From positions 1-55,432 of the IMG/VR virus record IMGVR_UViG_3300047378_000870: DNA of 55,432 nucleotides; one strand, 5' to 3'. Source of the stretch: a virus (Duplodnaviria > Caudoviricetes). The notes under the pieces are model-generated. The model ran no database searches and was not told where the DNA came from. It saw nothing but the letters and a program-made list of their open reading frames with translations. The translations under genes and the position numbers were made by a program. The first letter of the stretch is position 1. Every line of letters starts with the position of its first letter. Shown piece by piece: positions 8,638 through 17,581 of the stretch.

Positions 8638-9469
8638 ATTATTCATCGGAATTGGTGATAGCTTCACACAGGGTCAAGGATCTGTCTCTGATCAGACATA
8701 TGAAGAGTATGGTCGCGAAGTATATAATTCTACACATAGATTACCCATCGATAAGTTTGAAAGAGAAAACAGTTGGGTGAGTGTAATCTGTCGAGATTAC
8801 TTGGATGATTTCACTCCTTTAAACTTGGGTGAAAAGGGAAGAGGTAATAGGGCTTCTGTGAAGGAATTGTATCTCAATGACATAGATCCAGACATAGAGA
8901 AGATCGTGGTTTTTGCTCTCAGTGGTATGGAAAGATTTGATTTCCCACAGAGAGATAAAAACTTTCAACAACATCATTTTTATGCGATGTTCCCTAATCC
9001 ATGGGACAAAAATGCAACACATGCGTCACTTTGGAAGGCATATGCTGATCACGTCTATAGTGAGCAATTTTGTGTTATTGAGACAATGCTGAATATCTTA
9101 GAAGCGCAGACTTGGTGTAAAGCAAATAATGCTAAGTTGGTAATCGTATCTGCATTTGATATGCGTATCACAAAAGAATATTTCATCGATAATCTTCCTG
9201 GATTAAAAAAAGAGCTTGTTAATCAAATACATTGGGATAAGTTTTTCTATCCACAAGGTTATAGAACTCTGATGCACATGCTTATTGACAAACAAGAAAA
9301 TGATTCTAAATATGCCTTTGACCTAGCACATGGCGGGTATTTTGATCGATATAGTAAACTGGAAAGGTCTGATGGATATATCACCCCGTGTGCACATCCA
9401 AGCGAGATCGGACATAAATTAATTGCTGAAGTTCTGTATCAACATTTAGAAGAGAAATCCTATGCATGA
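8627..9469 (+). CDS. SGNH/GDSL hydrolase-fold protein (putative acyltransferase/esterase)
   Basis: GDSFTQG, NLG..GRGN, C-terminal HPSEIGH. Confidence 0.75.
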   Translation: MVSKLFIGIGDSFTQGQGSVSDQTYEEYGREVYNSTHRLPIDKFERENSWVSVICRDYLDDFTPLNLGEKGRGNRASVKELYLNDIDPDIEKIVVFALSGMERFDFPQRDKNFQQHHFYAMFPNPWDKNATHASLWKAYADHVYSEQFCVIETMLNILEAQTWCKANNAKLVIVSAFDMRITKEYFIDNLPGLKKELVNQIHWDKFFYPQGYRTLMHMLIDKQENDSKYAFDLAHGGYFDRYSKLERSDGYITPCAHPSEIGHKLIAEVLYQHLEEKSYA

Positions 9470-10280
9470 AGTTATTAGACCTAAAGACTTAAATTTTTTA
9501 GATGAAAATGATTTACTGCCAGGAACATTTCCTACATATAACAATCCTGATGACCCTGAAAAAATTGATGTTAGATTCGCTGGAACTGACAATCCAACCA
9601 GTTATGAAAAGAATATGAGGGATCCTGCATTTCGTAAAAAGTGGGAATCCCAACCAATTACATATCGTGTTAATAGTAATGGATATCGTTGTGAAGAGTT
9701 TAGTAAGATTGACTGGGAAAATTCAGTTGCGATAATTGGCGACTCTTGTGTTTATGGCATGGGTGTTCCCAGAACTCATGTTGTAAGTTATCTTTTAGAA
9801 CGAATGATTGGCAGAACAGTAATTAATCTAGGTGTTGGTGGCTGCAGTAATATGTTTATAATGTATAATAATATGAAACTATTGCAAAAATATAGACCAT
9901 GGGCTGTGATTAATATTTGGACTGCACCTGAAAGAATGACATTATTTCAAAAACCTAAAGCTGGTTTCACAGGTGTCAGACATATAGGTTCTTGGGATGA
10001 ACATAATGTAAGTTATCAGAAATTCTGGCTACATAGTGAAGGCAATTATTTAGGACACACCAAGATGTGTCAGGATGTTTGCGCACAACTAAATAGAGAT
10101 AATAGGTATTTAAGTTATACACCGAGGCAGTTCAGTTTAAATAAAGATAGTGAATTTCCATTTTTTGGTGGAGCAGCGAGGGATAAATTACATCCCGATA
10201 AGTTTACTTATAAAATGCAAGCGCGTTACATAAAAGAGGATTTTATCAGAAATGGTTGGTTTGTTGAAGAAGATAATTAA
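9462..10280 (+). CDS. SGNH/GDSL hydrolase-fold protein
   Basis: YRVNSNGYR, GDSCVYGMGV, INLGVGGCSN, DKLHP. Confidence 0.75.
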   Translation: MHEVIRPKDLNFLDENDLLPGTFPTYNNPDDPEKIDVRFAGTDNPTSYEKNMRDPAFRKKWESQPITYRVNSNGYRCEEFSKIDWENSVAIIGDSCVYGMGVPRTHVVSYLLERMIGRTVINLGVGGCSNMFIMYNNMKLLQKYRPWAVINIWTAPERMTLFQKPKAGFTGVRHIGSWDEHNVSYQKFWLHSEGNYLGHTKMCQDVCAQLNRDNRYLSYTPRQFSLNKDSEFPFFGGAARDKLHPDKFTYKMQARYIKEDFIRNGWFVEEDN

Positions 10281-10356
10281 TAAGTGGAAAACTAAAAGAG
10301 AATTGAAAAAACGTATTAAAGAACTAAGAAAAAGAGATCCGTTCATTTATGATTAG
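10252..10356 (+). CDS. 34-aa basic peptide upstream of the carbamoyltransferase
   Basis: Manual translation MVGLLKKIINKWKTKRELKKRIKELRKRDPFIYD*; it overlaps both neighbours. Confidence 0.65.
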   Translation: MVGLLKKIINKWKTKRELKKRIKELRKRDPFIYD

Positions 10357-11791
10357 TTGGGGTGTTGCAGCAGGAACTCATGATGGTTCATTAGCTGTTA
10401 TTGATGATGATAAAATTCTTTTTGCAAGTCACACGGAAAGATATAGTCGTGTGAAAAATGACGCACACCTAAACAAAGAAATACTCGATGCAGCTCTTAA
10501 ATACGGAGAACCATCTGAAATTTTCTGGTATGAAAAACCAGTGTTGAAAGCCTTGCGCAAATTATATGCAGGTCAATCTAACTTGTGGATGAATCCACGA
10601 GAATATCTCAAATCTTATGGGATAAATCAAAGGAATATAAAATATGTCAAACATCATGACTCTCATGCAGCGGCTGGGTTCGCAACTTCTAAATTTAACT
10701 CTGCTGCCGTTCTTGTTATTGATGCTATTGGTGAGTTCACCACTACTTCTATATCATTATATAAAAGTGAAACAGGCAGTCGCCACAGCAGTCAATGCCT
10801 TTTTAAACGATCCTACCCATGGTCGTTAGGTCTATTCTACTCAGCTATTACTGATAGAGCAGGGCTAAAACCCAACGAAGAAGAATATATCCTTATGGGT
10901 ATGTCAGCATATGGTCGCACTAATTGGGTCAACGAAATGCGTCATATGATAAGAACAGGATTTAACTTTCATAAAGGTTGTAGAAGTTTTTTCCCAGATG
11001 CAGATTCATTCGATCTTGCGAAGTCTGCTCAAATAGTATATGAAGAAGAATTTATAAAGTTAGTTAAGAAAGCTAAAGAACTAACTGGTGAAGATAACCT
11101 TGTTGTTATGGGAGGCTGTGCACTTAATTGTCTTGCTAATACATTGGCATTCGAACATTTTGATAATGTTTGGATAATGCCTAATCCTGGGGATGCTGGT
11201 AGCTCTATCGGAGCTTATGCGGCAGGAACAGGTAGGATGCTAGACTGGAAGACACCATATCTTGGAGAGGACATCGGGAATGGTAAATACCCAGTAAAGC
11301 AAGCTCTGGGAGAGCTATTGCAAAATAAAATTGTGGGAGTGGCGAGCGGACGAGCCGAGTTTGGTCCAAGAGCATTGGGCAATCGTAGTCTGCTCGCCGA
11401 TCCAACAGGTCAAGAAATGAAAGACGTTGTCAATAAAATTAAGAAGCGTCAAGAGTTTCGTCCCTTTGCTCCTGTTATCTTACAATCAGACGTTCATAAA
11501 TATTTTAATGTTAAGCGTGGATTTTCTAGTCCATACATGCAATATATTGTCACAGCAAAAGATCCTGATCAGTATCCAGCAATTGTGCATGCAGATGGGA
11601 CGAGCCGAGTTCAGACTGTGACAAAAGAACAACATCCAGGATTATGGCGACTGTTGCAACAGTATAAGAAGCATACAGGAACACCGATGTTACTGAATAC
11701 ATCCCTTAATATTAAGGGAGAACCAATGGTAAACACGAGGTTAGATGCTAATAATTTTGAAAAAACTTACTCGGTAAAAGTTGTTTCTTAA
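10349..11791 (+). CDS. Carbamoyltransferase (NodU/CmcH/TobZ family)
   Basis: HDGS, ERYSRVKND, HHDSHAA, GGCALNC, AEFGPRALGNRS, KKRQEFRPFAP, LLNTSLN. Confidence 0.95.
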   Translation: MISWGVAAGTHDGSLAVIDDDKILFASHTERYSRVKNDAHLNKEILDAALKYGEPSEIFWYEKPVLKALRKLYAGQSNLWMNPREYLKSYGINQRNIKYVKHHDSHAAAGFATSKFNSAAVLVIDAIGEFTTTSISLYKSETGSRHSSQCLFKRSYPWSLGLFYSAITDRAGLKPNEEEYILMGMSAYGRTNWVNEMRHMIRTGFNFHKGCRSFFPDADSFDLAKSAQIVYEEEFIKLVKKAKELTGEDNLVVMGGCALNCLANTLAFEHFDNVWIMPNPGDAGSSIGAYAAGTGRMLDWKTPYLGEDIGNGKYPVKQALGELLQNKIVGVASGRAEFGPRALGNRSLLADPTGQEMKDVVNKIKKRQEFRPFAPVILQSDVHKYFNVKRGFSSPYMQYIVTAKDPDQYPAIVHADGTSRVQTVTKEQHPGLWRLLQQYKKHTGTPMLLNTSLNIKGEPMVNTRLDANNFEKTYSVKVVS

Positions 11792-11802
11792 TAAATAAAA
11801 AT

Positions 11803-12102
11803 ATGACGGCGAAGGTTATTAACTTTCCGAAGCGGTTTCAGAAGACTACACAACTGGGATTAGCAATTCGGCTTTATACTGAGGAAGAAGTGCATCTAGT
11901 ATTACACTGCCTCAATTCCTTCGGCGCACACTCACAAAAATACATACAGTCAGACTTGAGGTCGATAGACCCTGAGTATGCAATACAATGCATCAAGACA
12001 GCATTAGATAGTTATTTGCTTTCGTCAGACGCGAAGGCACTTATCAGCTACATTATGGGAAATGTCGTGAAGGTGATGCCTGCAAAAGGAGGCTCTGCAT
12101 AA
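11803..12102 (+). CDS. Hypothetical protein
   Basis: 99-aa ORF filling the gap; late-like AATAAATA at 11790-11797. Confidence 0.55.
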   Translation: MTAKVINFPKRFQKTTQLGLAIRLYTEEEVHLVLHCLNSFGAHSQKYIQSDLRSIDPEYAIQCIKTALDSYLLSSDAKALISYIMGNVVKVMPAKGGSA

Positions 12103-12136
12103 TATATCTTTAACCCCTAAATTATAAGGTCTATAA

Positions 12137-12889
12137 ATGTCCAGAAGAAAAACAAATCTTCAATTAATACAGGATGATACAACCTCTAGCAAAAAAGGAA
12201 ACAATAGACTAATACCTCGGCTCAATGACCTCGATGTTTTTGACCCCCTAACACCTACCCAAAAATCGTTCTTTGATACTTATGAGAACGCCCAAGCGAT
12301 GCTTTTACATGGTTCAGCAGGAACTGGTAAAACTTTCATCGCTCTCTATAAAGCACTTGAACAAGTGCTAGAAAAATCAAACACCTTCGATAAAGTTGTA
12401 ATCTGTCGTTCTGCAGTGGCATCAAGAGATATTGGTCACCTGCCTGGAAATGAAGTAGAGAAAACTGAAGTGTTTATGCGCCCATACATTGATATGTGCC
12501 AAGAATTTTTCCCCGACAAACAGCAAGCATTTGAACGCCTACAGGAAGCAAAGAAGGTTGATTGGATGATCACTTCATTTGTTCGAGGCATTACACTTGA
12601 CGACGCTATCATTATCGTTGACGAATGTCAGAATATGAACGACATGGAACTCAACTCAATTATGACACGCATCGGTCAAAGAAGTAAAATCATATTTGCT
12701 GGCGACTTCAAACAGTCCGATCTCTATGCTAAGAGAAACGATATGTCGGGGCTACAAAAATTTATGGTTATCGCTGAGTTGATGCCATCATTTAAAATAT
12801 TTGAGTTCACACCTGATGATATTGTAAGAAGCGATCTCGTTAAAGAATATATAGTAGCGAGAGAAAAATACGAACAAGAATACGCTTGA
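12137..12889 (+). CDS. phoH: PhoH-like ATPase
   Basis: GSAGTGKT Walker A, IGHLPG, RGITLDD, IVDECQN, GDFKQSDL, DIVRS. Confidence 0.95.
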   Translation: MSRRKTNLQLIQDDTTSSKKGNNRLIPRLNDLDVFDPLTPTQKSFFDTYENAQAMLLHGSAGTGKTFIALYKALEQVLEKSNTFDKVVICRSAVASRDIGHLPGNEVEKTEVFMRPYIDMCQEFFPDKQQAFERLQEAKKVDWMITSFVRGITLDDAIIIVDECQNMNDMELNSIMTRIGQRSKIIFAGDFKQSDLYAKRNDMSGLQKFMVIAELMPSFKIFEFTPDDIVRSDLVKEYIVAREKYEQEYA

Positions 12890-12914
12890 CTTTTTTAATT
12901 ATCTAGGTTATATT
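12886..12914 (+). promoter_or_regulatory. sigma70-type promoter
   Basis: TTGACT, 17 nt, TATATT; ATG 5 nt after the -10 box. Confidence 0.65.
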
Positions 12915-12919
12915 ATATT

Positions 12920-13579
12920 ATGTTTACCCATGTGAAAGAACTGAGTGATTTTGCTCAAGATAAAACTGCCCCAGATGGAAGTCGTAAATACTTCACCGAA
13001 TCTGGGGCAGCATATCCTTCTGTTACCACTGTCCTTAGTGTCTTATCCCGTGATTCAATTCGTGCGTGGAGAAAGCGTGTTGGTGCAGAGGAAGCAAATA
13101 AAATCAGTCGCCAAGCATCGACACGCGGAACAAAAATTCATACTCTTTGCGAAGATATCCTCAACAATAAAGAAGTTGATACGAGTAAGATGTCTTTGCT
13201 TGATACAGAAATGTTCAATAAATTCAGACCTTTGTTAGACCGCATTGATAACATACATGGTCAAGAGATTGCTCTCTTTTCTGATCACCTCAGACTCGCA
13301 GGTCGTGTTGACTGTGTCGCCGAGTTTGATGGTAAACTTAGCATCATCGATTTCAAAACCTCAAAAAAGCCAAAAAGAAAAGAATGGATTGAAAACTACT
13401 TTGCACAGGCTGCAGGTTATGCAATCATGTATGAAGAGCGCACTGGCATTCCCATTAATAGAAGCGCGATCCTTATTGCAGTTGAAGGTGACGATCCACA
13501 AGTTTTCGTCGAGAATCGTGATAACTATGTTGATATTCTACTGAATGCAAGAGATATTTGGGAATCAGAGAATGTATGA
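12920..13579 (+). CDS. PD-(D/E)xK exonuclease, T4-like phage type
   Basis: YPSVTTVL, RGTKIH, AGRVDC, IIDFKTS, Q..GYA. Confidence 0.88.
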   Translation: MFTHVKELSDFAQDKTAPDGSRKYFTESGAAYPSVTTVLSVLSRDSIRAWRKRVGAEEANKISRQASTRGTKIHTLCEDILNNKEVDTSKMSLLDTEMFNKFRPLLDRIDNIHGQEIALFSDHLRLAGRVDCVAEFDGKLSIIDFKTSKKPKRKEWIENYFAQAAGYAIMYEERTGIPINRSAILIAVEGDDPQVFVENRDNYVDILLNARDIWESENV

Positions 13580-14375
13580 ATTAAGACCCTTACCTGATGC
13601 AACTTGGGAAGATTGGTCTAAATTTAAACGCCCAGAAGAAAATTATGGTCTTGCAGATTTTAATTTAAACGATTTGTATTTTGAATTCGACCCCATACAA
13701 ATACACAAAGAAGTTATGTATTGGGTTACATCTAAATATCCGTCATGTGATTTAAACTGGCATTCAAATAAATTAGTTGGTTGCAGCACATCTAATTTTC
13801 CAATGTATTATGAGACTTTCTTAAAACTTAGTTGGTTAACGAAGGTATATCTTAAAGAGAGTTTTAAATACCCAATGGGATTAATTTGGTTCCCACATTC
13901 AAAGGGTATCGATGAGGGTAATTGGTGGATACATCCTGGAGGTGGTCGACAAAAAGTTGTTGCTATGTTTGGCGACCGCGACCAAACGATGGAATTCCTA
14001 ACCTTTAATACATATGGGAAACCCGTAAAATTTAAGAGAGTTTTTGAACGAGAAGAAGAGTTCAAAGATTATTTCAATGCACCTTATGGTATTGCGTATG
14101 TAGCAGATAAAGGCACATTAATACCACATTGTCTGTTCAATTCGGTTCAAAACAATACTAGTTTAAGAGATCCACTGGAAGCGTATCTAGATTTGATACA
14201 TAAATATAAGATAGATATTAATGGTAAACCTATTACATCATTTGGCGATAAAAAATTAAACGTTGTTTCAGCAGAAGATCCTGAGAGTGAATTGAGAGCC
14301 TTAGTCTTACTGCCATTTTATGAACTTTACAATGAATCAGATTACAGAAAATATAACATCCAAATCATTACCTGA
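13572..14375 (+). CDS. Hypothetical protein
   Basis: Long ORF with IHPGGGR motif; ATG 13572 overlaps the upstream stop. Confidence 0.55.
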   Translation: MYELRPLPDATWEDWSKFKRPEENYGLADFNLNDLYFEFDPIQIHKEVMYWVTSKYPSCDLNWHSNKLVGCSTSNFPMYYETFLKLSWLTKVYLKESFKYPMGLIWFPHSKGIDEGNWWIHPGGGRQKVVAMFGDRDQTMEFLTFNTYGKPVKFKRVFEREEEFKDYFNAPYGIAYVADKGTLIPHCLFNSVQNNTSLRDPLEAYLDLIHKYKIDINGKPITSFGDKKLNVVSAEDPESELRALVLLPFYELYNESDYRKYNIQIIT

Positions 14376-15312
14376 ATTAGGAAGAGCGGTCATCGAGGTA
14401 TTCGGTGGTTGTAATTATACTTGTCAGATGTGCCCACAGACTTGGGGTCGTGGAGCAGATTGGACTCGTAAGATGCCATTGGATCTGTTCGAGGATATTC
14501 TCAAACAATTAAAGGGTAAGCCAATCATTAACTTGGAGGGTTCTGGTGAGCCATCTATGGCAAAGAACCTGCATGAGTATGTCCAGCTTTGCACAGATTA
14601 TGGGTTTGATAGTTTCATCTATACAAATGGATCGTTTCTGACTGGCGAGCGTATGGAGAAAGCGATTGATGCTGGGTTGAAGTTTATCCGTTATAGTTGC
14701 ATTGGTTATGATAAAGAAACATACAAACAGTGGATGGACACTGATGGGTTCGAGCGTCTAAGATCTCATATCCAACAAGCACAAACATATATCCAAGAAA
14801 CAGGTGCTGATTGTCAGCTTTCAACATATCATTTGATTCTTGATAATGATAAAATTGGAGAAGAAGTCAAACTCTATCGCAAAAATATAGTTGACAAACT
14901 CGGCATTACAGGTTATATCTGGAAGATGCATAACTGGAGTGGTAACTACGATCCTGAATATGGACGCGAGGCTGAAAACGTTAGAACCTGTGGTCGTCCA
15001 TTCAGTGATGAGATTACGATCCGCTCTGGTGGTAACGATGGACATAGGGGTGCTGTTACACCTTGTTGTCAGACGATGGGTCAGCCCAACGAAGCTAAGT
15101 CAGTTCTCGGACATGCAGATGATACAAGTCTCGCCGATATCTGGTGGGGTGAGGAATACGAAAAACTTCGTGAAGACCATAGAACTGGTGATTATCCCGA
15201 TTACTGTAAATCTTGTGACTTCCTATATGATAACCCTGAAGTATTGGTCTGGAGTAATGACTCAACTGCAAGAGTTGACCACATGCTAGGCGTTGAGTTT
15301 GACCTCAGATAG
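14320..15312 (+). CDS. Radical SAM/SPASM-domain protein
   Basis: CNYTCQMC, GSGEP, C-terminal CGRPF..PCC..G...CKSC. Confidence 0.9.
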   Translation: MNFTMNQITENITSKSLPELGRAVIEVFGGCNYTCQMCPQTWGRGADWTRKMPLDLFEDILKQLKGKPIINLEGSGEPSMAKNLHEYVQLCTDYGFDSFIYTNGSFLTGERMEKAIDAGLKFIRYSCIGYDKETYKQWMDTDGFERLRSHIQQAQTYIQETGADCQLSTYHLILDNDKIGEEVKLYRKNIVDKLGITGYIWKMHNWSGNYDPEYGREAENVRTCGRPFSDEITIRSGGNDGHRGAVTPCCQTMGQPNEAKSVLGHADDTSLADIWWGEEYEKLREDHRTGDYPDYCKSCDFLYDNPEVLVWSNDSTARVDHMLGVEFDLR

Positions 15313-15315
15313 TTG

Positions 15316-15346
15316 TTGACTAAAATACAATAATATGCTATAAATA
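15316..15346 (+). promoter_or_regulatory. Composite sigma70 plus T4 late promoter of the tmRNA
   Basis: TTGACT, 17 nt, TATAAA with upstream TG; the -10 box extends to a perfect TATAAATA (15339-15346). Confidence 0.75.
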
Positions 15347-15349
15347 GAG

Positions 15350-15626
15350 AGTTCGATGAAACGAGCTAAACGGTATGCAGGACGCGGCTTCGAAGCCGCC
15401 ACCTCCACCATCCCATATGTTATTCTTATGGGGGTGAAATGGGATCGACTGGTATTTAATAGGTAAGTGGAGAACAGGTGCGGAAGCCACCTATGAGACG
15501 GACGGGCGATCCCATCCGCAAGAGCGCAACAAACTCGTAAATGCAAACGATAACAATGCATATGAAGGCTACGCTCTAGCAGCTTAGTTTTTCGGGGTCA
15601 GGGGACGCCTAGCAACAGAAGTCCCC
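15350..15626 (+). ncRNA. ssrA: Circularly permuted two-piece tmRNA
   Basis: Acceptor piece ends GGAC-GCGGC-TTCGAA-GCCGC-CACCTCC-ACCA (15410); 19-nt intervening segment; coding piece starts GGGGGTG (15430), pairing with CACCTCC including G3:U70; tag frame 15543-15587 = ANDNNAYEGYALAA*; closing helix GGGGAC/GTCCCC. Outer ends approximate. Confidence 0.92.
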
Positions 15627-15638
15627 AACTACTTTATT

Positions 15639-15947
15639 ATGAAAGGTTATATTATGCAAAAATATATTTATGATAGTTGGAACTATATCTTCAGTCACGA
15701 TATGAGTCCTCTTAAAAATATCCCCGATGTTAATACGAGACATATGATTCTACAAGTTCTTGCTTGGATGTGGGTCGTTGCTTTCAGTATTATGATTGGT
15801 AGTTGGACTGGGTTTTTAGCATCAGCTTTAGGTCATATCGCAATCTTGGCAGCACTTGCTGTCACAGTCGGAACTTATGCAGAGGCTCAAAGAACACCTA
15901 ATGTATTTTCCAACCTGCGTGGTCGTGTTGATGGTGAACACGAATGA
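15639..15947 (+). CDS. Hypothetical membrane protein (two TM segments)
   Basis: SPLKNIPD..TRHMILQVLAWMW followed by hydrophobic helices. Confidence 0.65.
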   Translation: MKGYIMQKYIYDSWNYIFSHDMSPLKNIPDVNTRHMILQVLAWMWVVAFSIMIGSWTGFLASALGHIAILAALAVTVGTYAEAQRTPNVFSNLRGRVDGEHE

Positions 15948-16456
15948 AGTTTCTTGATTCTTTAGCAGCCGTATTAGTTTCCATATCAACCAATCCTACG
16001 ATGCCTAATGAGATGGGAATCAAAACAATTATTGATCCACAAGTTGCATGTTTGGCGCAAAACATCTATCACGAAGCGAGAAACGAGTCAACTGCAGGGT
16101 GGATCGCTGTAGCTGATGTGACTATGAATAGAGTGAAGTCGGATGCTTTCCCTAATACAATATGTGAAGTTGTTTACGAAAGTCCACACTACGAAAGTTC
16201 GGTGAGTGGTAAACTCTTCCCATATAAGAACCGTTGCCAATTTAGTTGGTATTGTGATGGTAGGAGTGATGAAGTGAAAAACATGCGCAAATATAATCAG
16301 ATTTATGAAGTTGCCAAATTGACACTGAAGACTGAACTTGATATTACGGATGGTGCACTATTTTACCATGCTGATTATGTGAAACCTCATTGGGCAGATA
16401 AGATGGATGTGACTGCTCGCATCGATGCTCATATATTTTATAAGCCGAAAAACTAA
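15944..16456 (+). CDS. Cell wall hydrolase (SleB/Hydrolase_2 family)
   Basis: CLAQNIYHEARNE, VTMNRV, FPNTICEVV, CQFSWYCDG, GALFYHADYVKPHW, HIFY. Confidence 0.92.
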   Translation: MKFLDSLAAVLVSISTNPTMPNEMGIKTIIDPQVACLAQNIYHEARNESTAGWIAVADVTMNRVKSDAFPNTICEVVYESPHYESSVSGKLFPYKNRCQFSWYCDGRSDEVKNMRKYNQIYEVAKLTLKTELDITDGALFYHADYVKPHWADKMDVTARIDAHIFYKPKN

Positions 16457-17304
16457 TGCATATTGTTGTTACAGGTGGATGTGGCTTTATTGGAGGTCAC
16501 TTAGTTGAAGGTCTTGCTGAACGTGGCTATCAGGTAACTGTTGTTGACGATCAGCGCAACGGTAAGTTTGTTACACACCAATCTAATGTAGATTATGTGT
16601 TTGAAGATGTTTGTAACTTTACACCACCTCCATGTGATGCGATTATTCATCTAGCAAATACACCTCGAGTTAGACTATCTTTCGAGCAACCAGTTGATGC
16701 AATATTAAATAATATCAATCCCACTATTCATGTATGTGAATGGGCTGCTACATATAATGTTCCCTTATATTTCGCTCAATCGTCGAGTGCCATATATAGT
16801 GAACCATATTCAAATCCCTATACATTTGGTAAAGCTATGTGTGAAGAAAGTTTGCACTTTTATCAAAAGCATTGGGGGATTCAATTCCACTTGATGTATT
16901 TCTATAATGTGTATGGACCAAGAGAAGCTGATTATGGCGAACACAGCACAATCATTCGCTCTTTTAAAAATCAAATCGATAAAGGTGAAAGCCTCAAAGT
17001 ATTTGGCACAGGACTAAAGTCCAGAGATTTTACACACGTTGAAGATGTAGTTTCTGGTATTCTAAAATTCATAACAGCCCCTAAAAATAAAAAACCGAAA
17101 CAAGCACACTTCGGTTCATCTCGACCATATACAATAAATGAGGTCGCTGAAGCGTTCGATCACCCAATTGTTCATGAGTTTGACAAGCCAGGAGAAGCTG
17201 CTCATACAGTTTGTAAAAACCCTTATATAAAAAGGACACACGATGTTATTCAGTATATTAAAGAATGGAAACGGAGAAATCATAATGCCAAAAGTAGTAG
17301 TTGA
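16456..17304 (+). CDS. NAD-dependent epimerase/dehydratase
   Basis: VTGGCGFIGG, YTFGK, YNVYGP, RDFTHVEDVV. Confidence 0.9.
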   Translation: MHIVVTGGCGFIGGHLVEGLAERGYQVTVVDDQRNGKFVTHQSNVDYVFEDVCNFTPPPCDAIIHLANTPRVRLSFEQPVDAILNNINPTIHVCEWAATYNVPLYFAQSSSAIYSEPYSNPYTFGKAMCEESLHFYQKHWGIQFHLMYFYNVYGPREADYGEHSTIIRSFKNQIDKGESLKVFGTGLKSRDFTHVEDVVSGILKFITAPKNKKPKQAHFGSSRPYTINEVAEAFDHPIVHEFDKPGEAAHTVCKNPYIKRTHDVIQYIKEWKRRNHNAKSSS

Positions 17305-17581
17305 TAATGATATGTCAACAGATGCAACTAAAATAACAGATGAATATCTAATTACAAAGCAATTCAAATCATCATCAGACTTTTCACAACATATTGAGAA
17401 AGAAGCATCTCGCACTCGCGCTGGTTTTATTGATACAATCGTTTCATTTTGTAATAAAAATAATATTGAGGTCGAGTCTGTCAAGAAACTCCTCACAACA
17501 TCTCTCAAAGATAAAATAAAAGTAGAAGCTACAGAACTAAATCTCATCAAAGGTGAGAAGTCTGGTAAGTTGCCGTTCTAA
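17285..17581 (+). CDS. gp33: Late promoter transcription coactivator
   Basis: FSQHIE...IDTIVSFCNKNNIE.E....L...LKDKIKVEA..LNLIK; synteny with gp59 and gp32. Confidence 0.8.
   Translation: MPKVVVDNDMSTDATKITDEYLITKQFKSSSDFSQHIEKEASRTRAGFIDTIVSFCNKNNIEVESVKKLLTTSLKDKIKVEATELNLIKGEKSGKLPF

Noticed and set aside
12920-13579. Cas4/CRISPR association of the exonuclease
   Set aside because: No Cas4 Fe-S cysteine set, no array and no other cas genes; it sits in the usual position beside phoH.
15379-15410. Stand-alone tRNA or integration att site
   Set aside because: There is no anticodon arm; the 5' acceptor strand lies downstream and a tag frame follows, so it is the tmRNA acceptor piece. No integrase is in the window.
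15286-15561. 91-aa minus-strand ORF
   Set aside because: It is antisense to the tmRNA and has no protein motifs.
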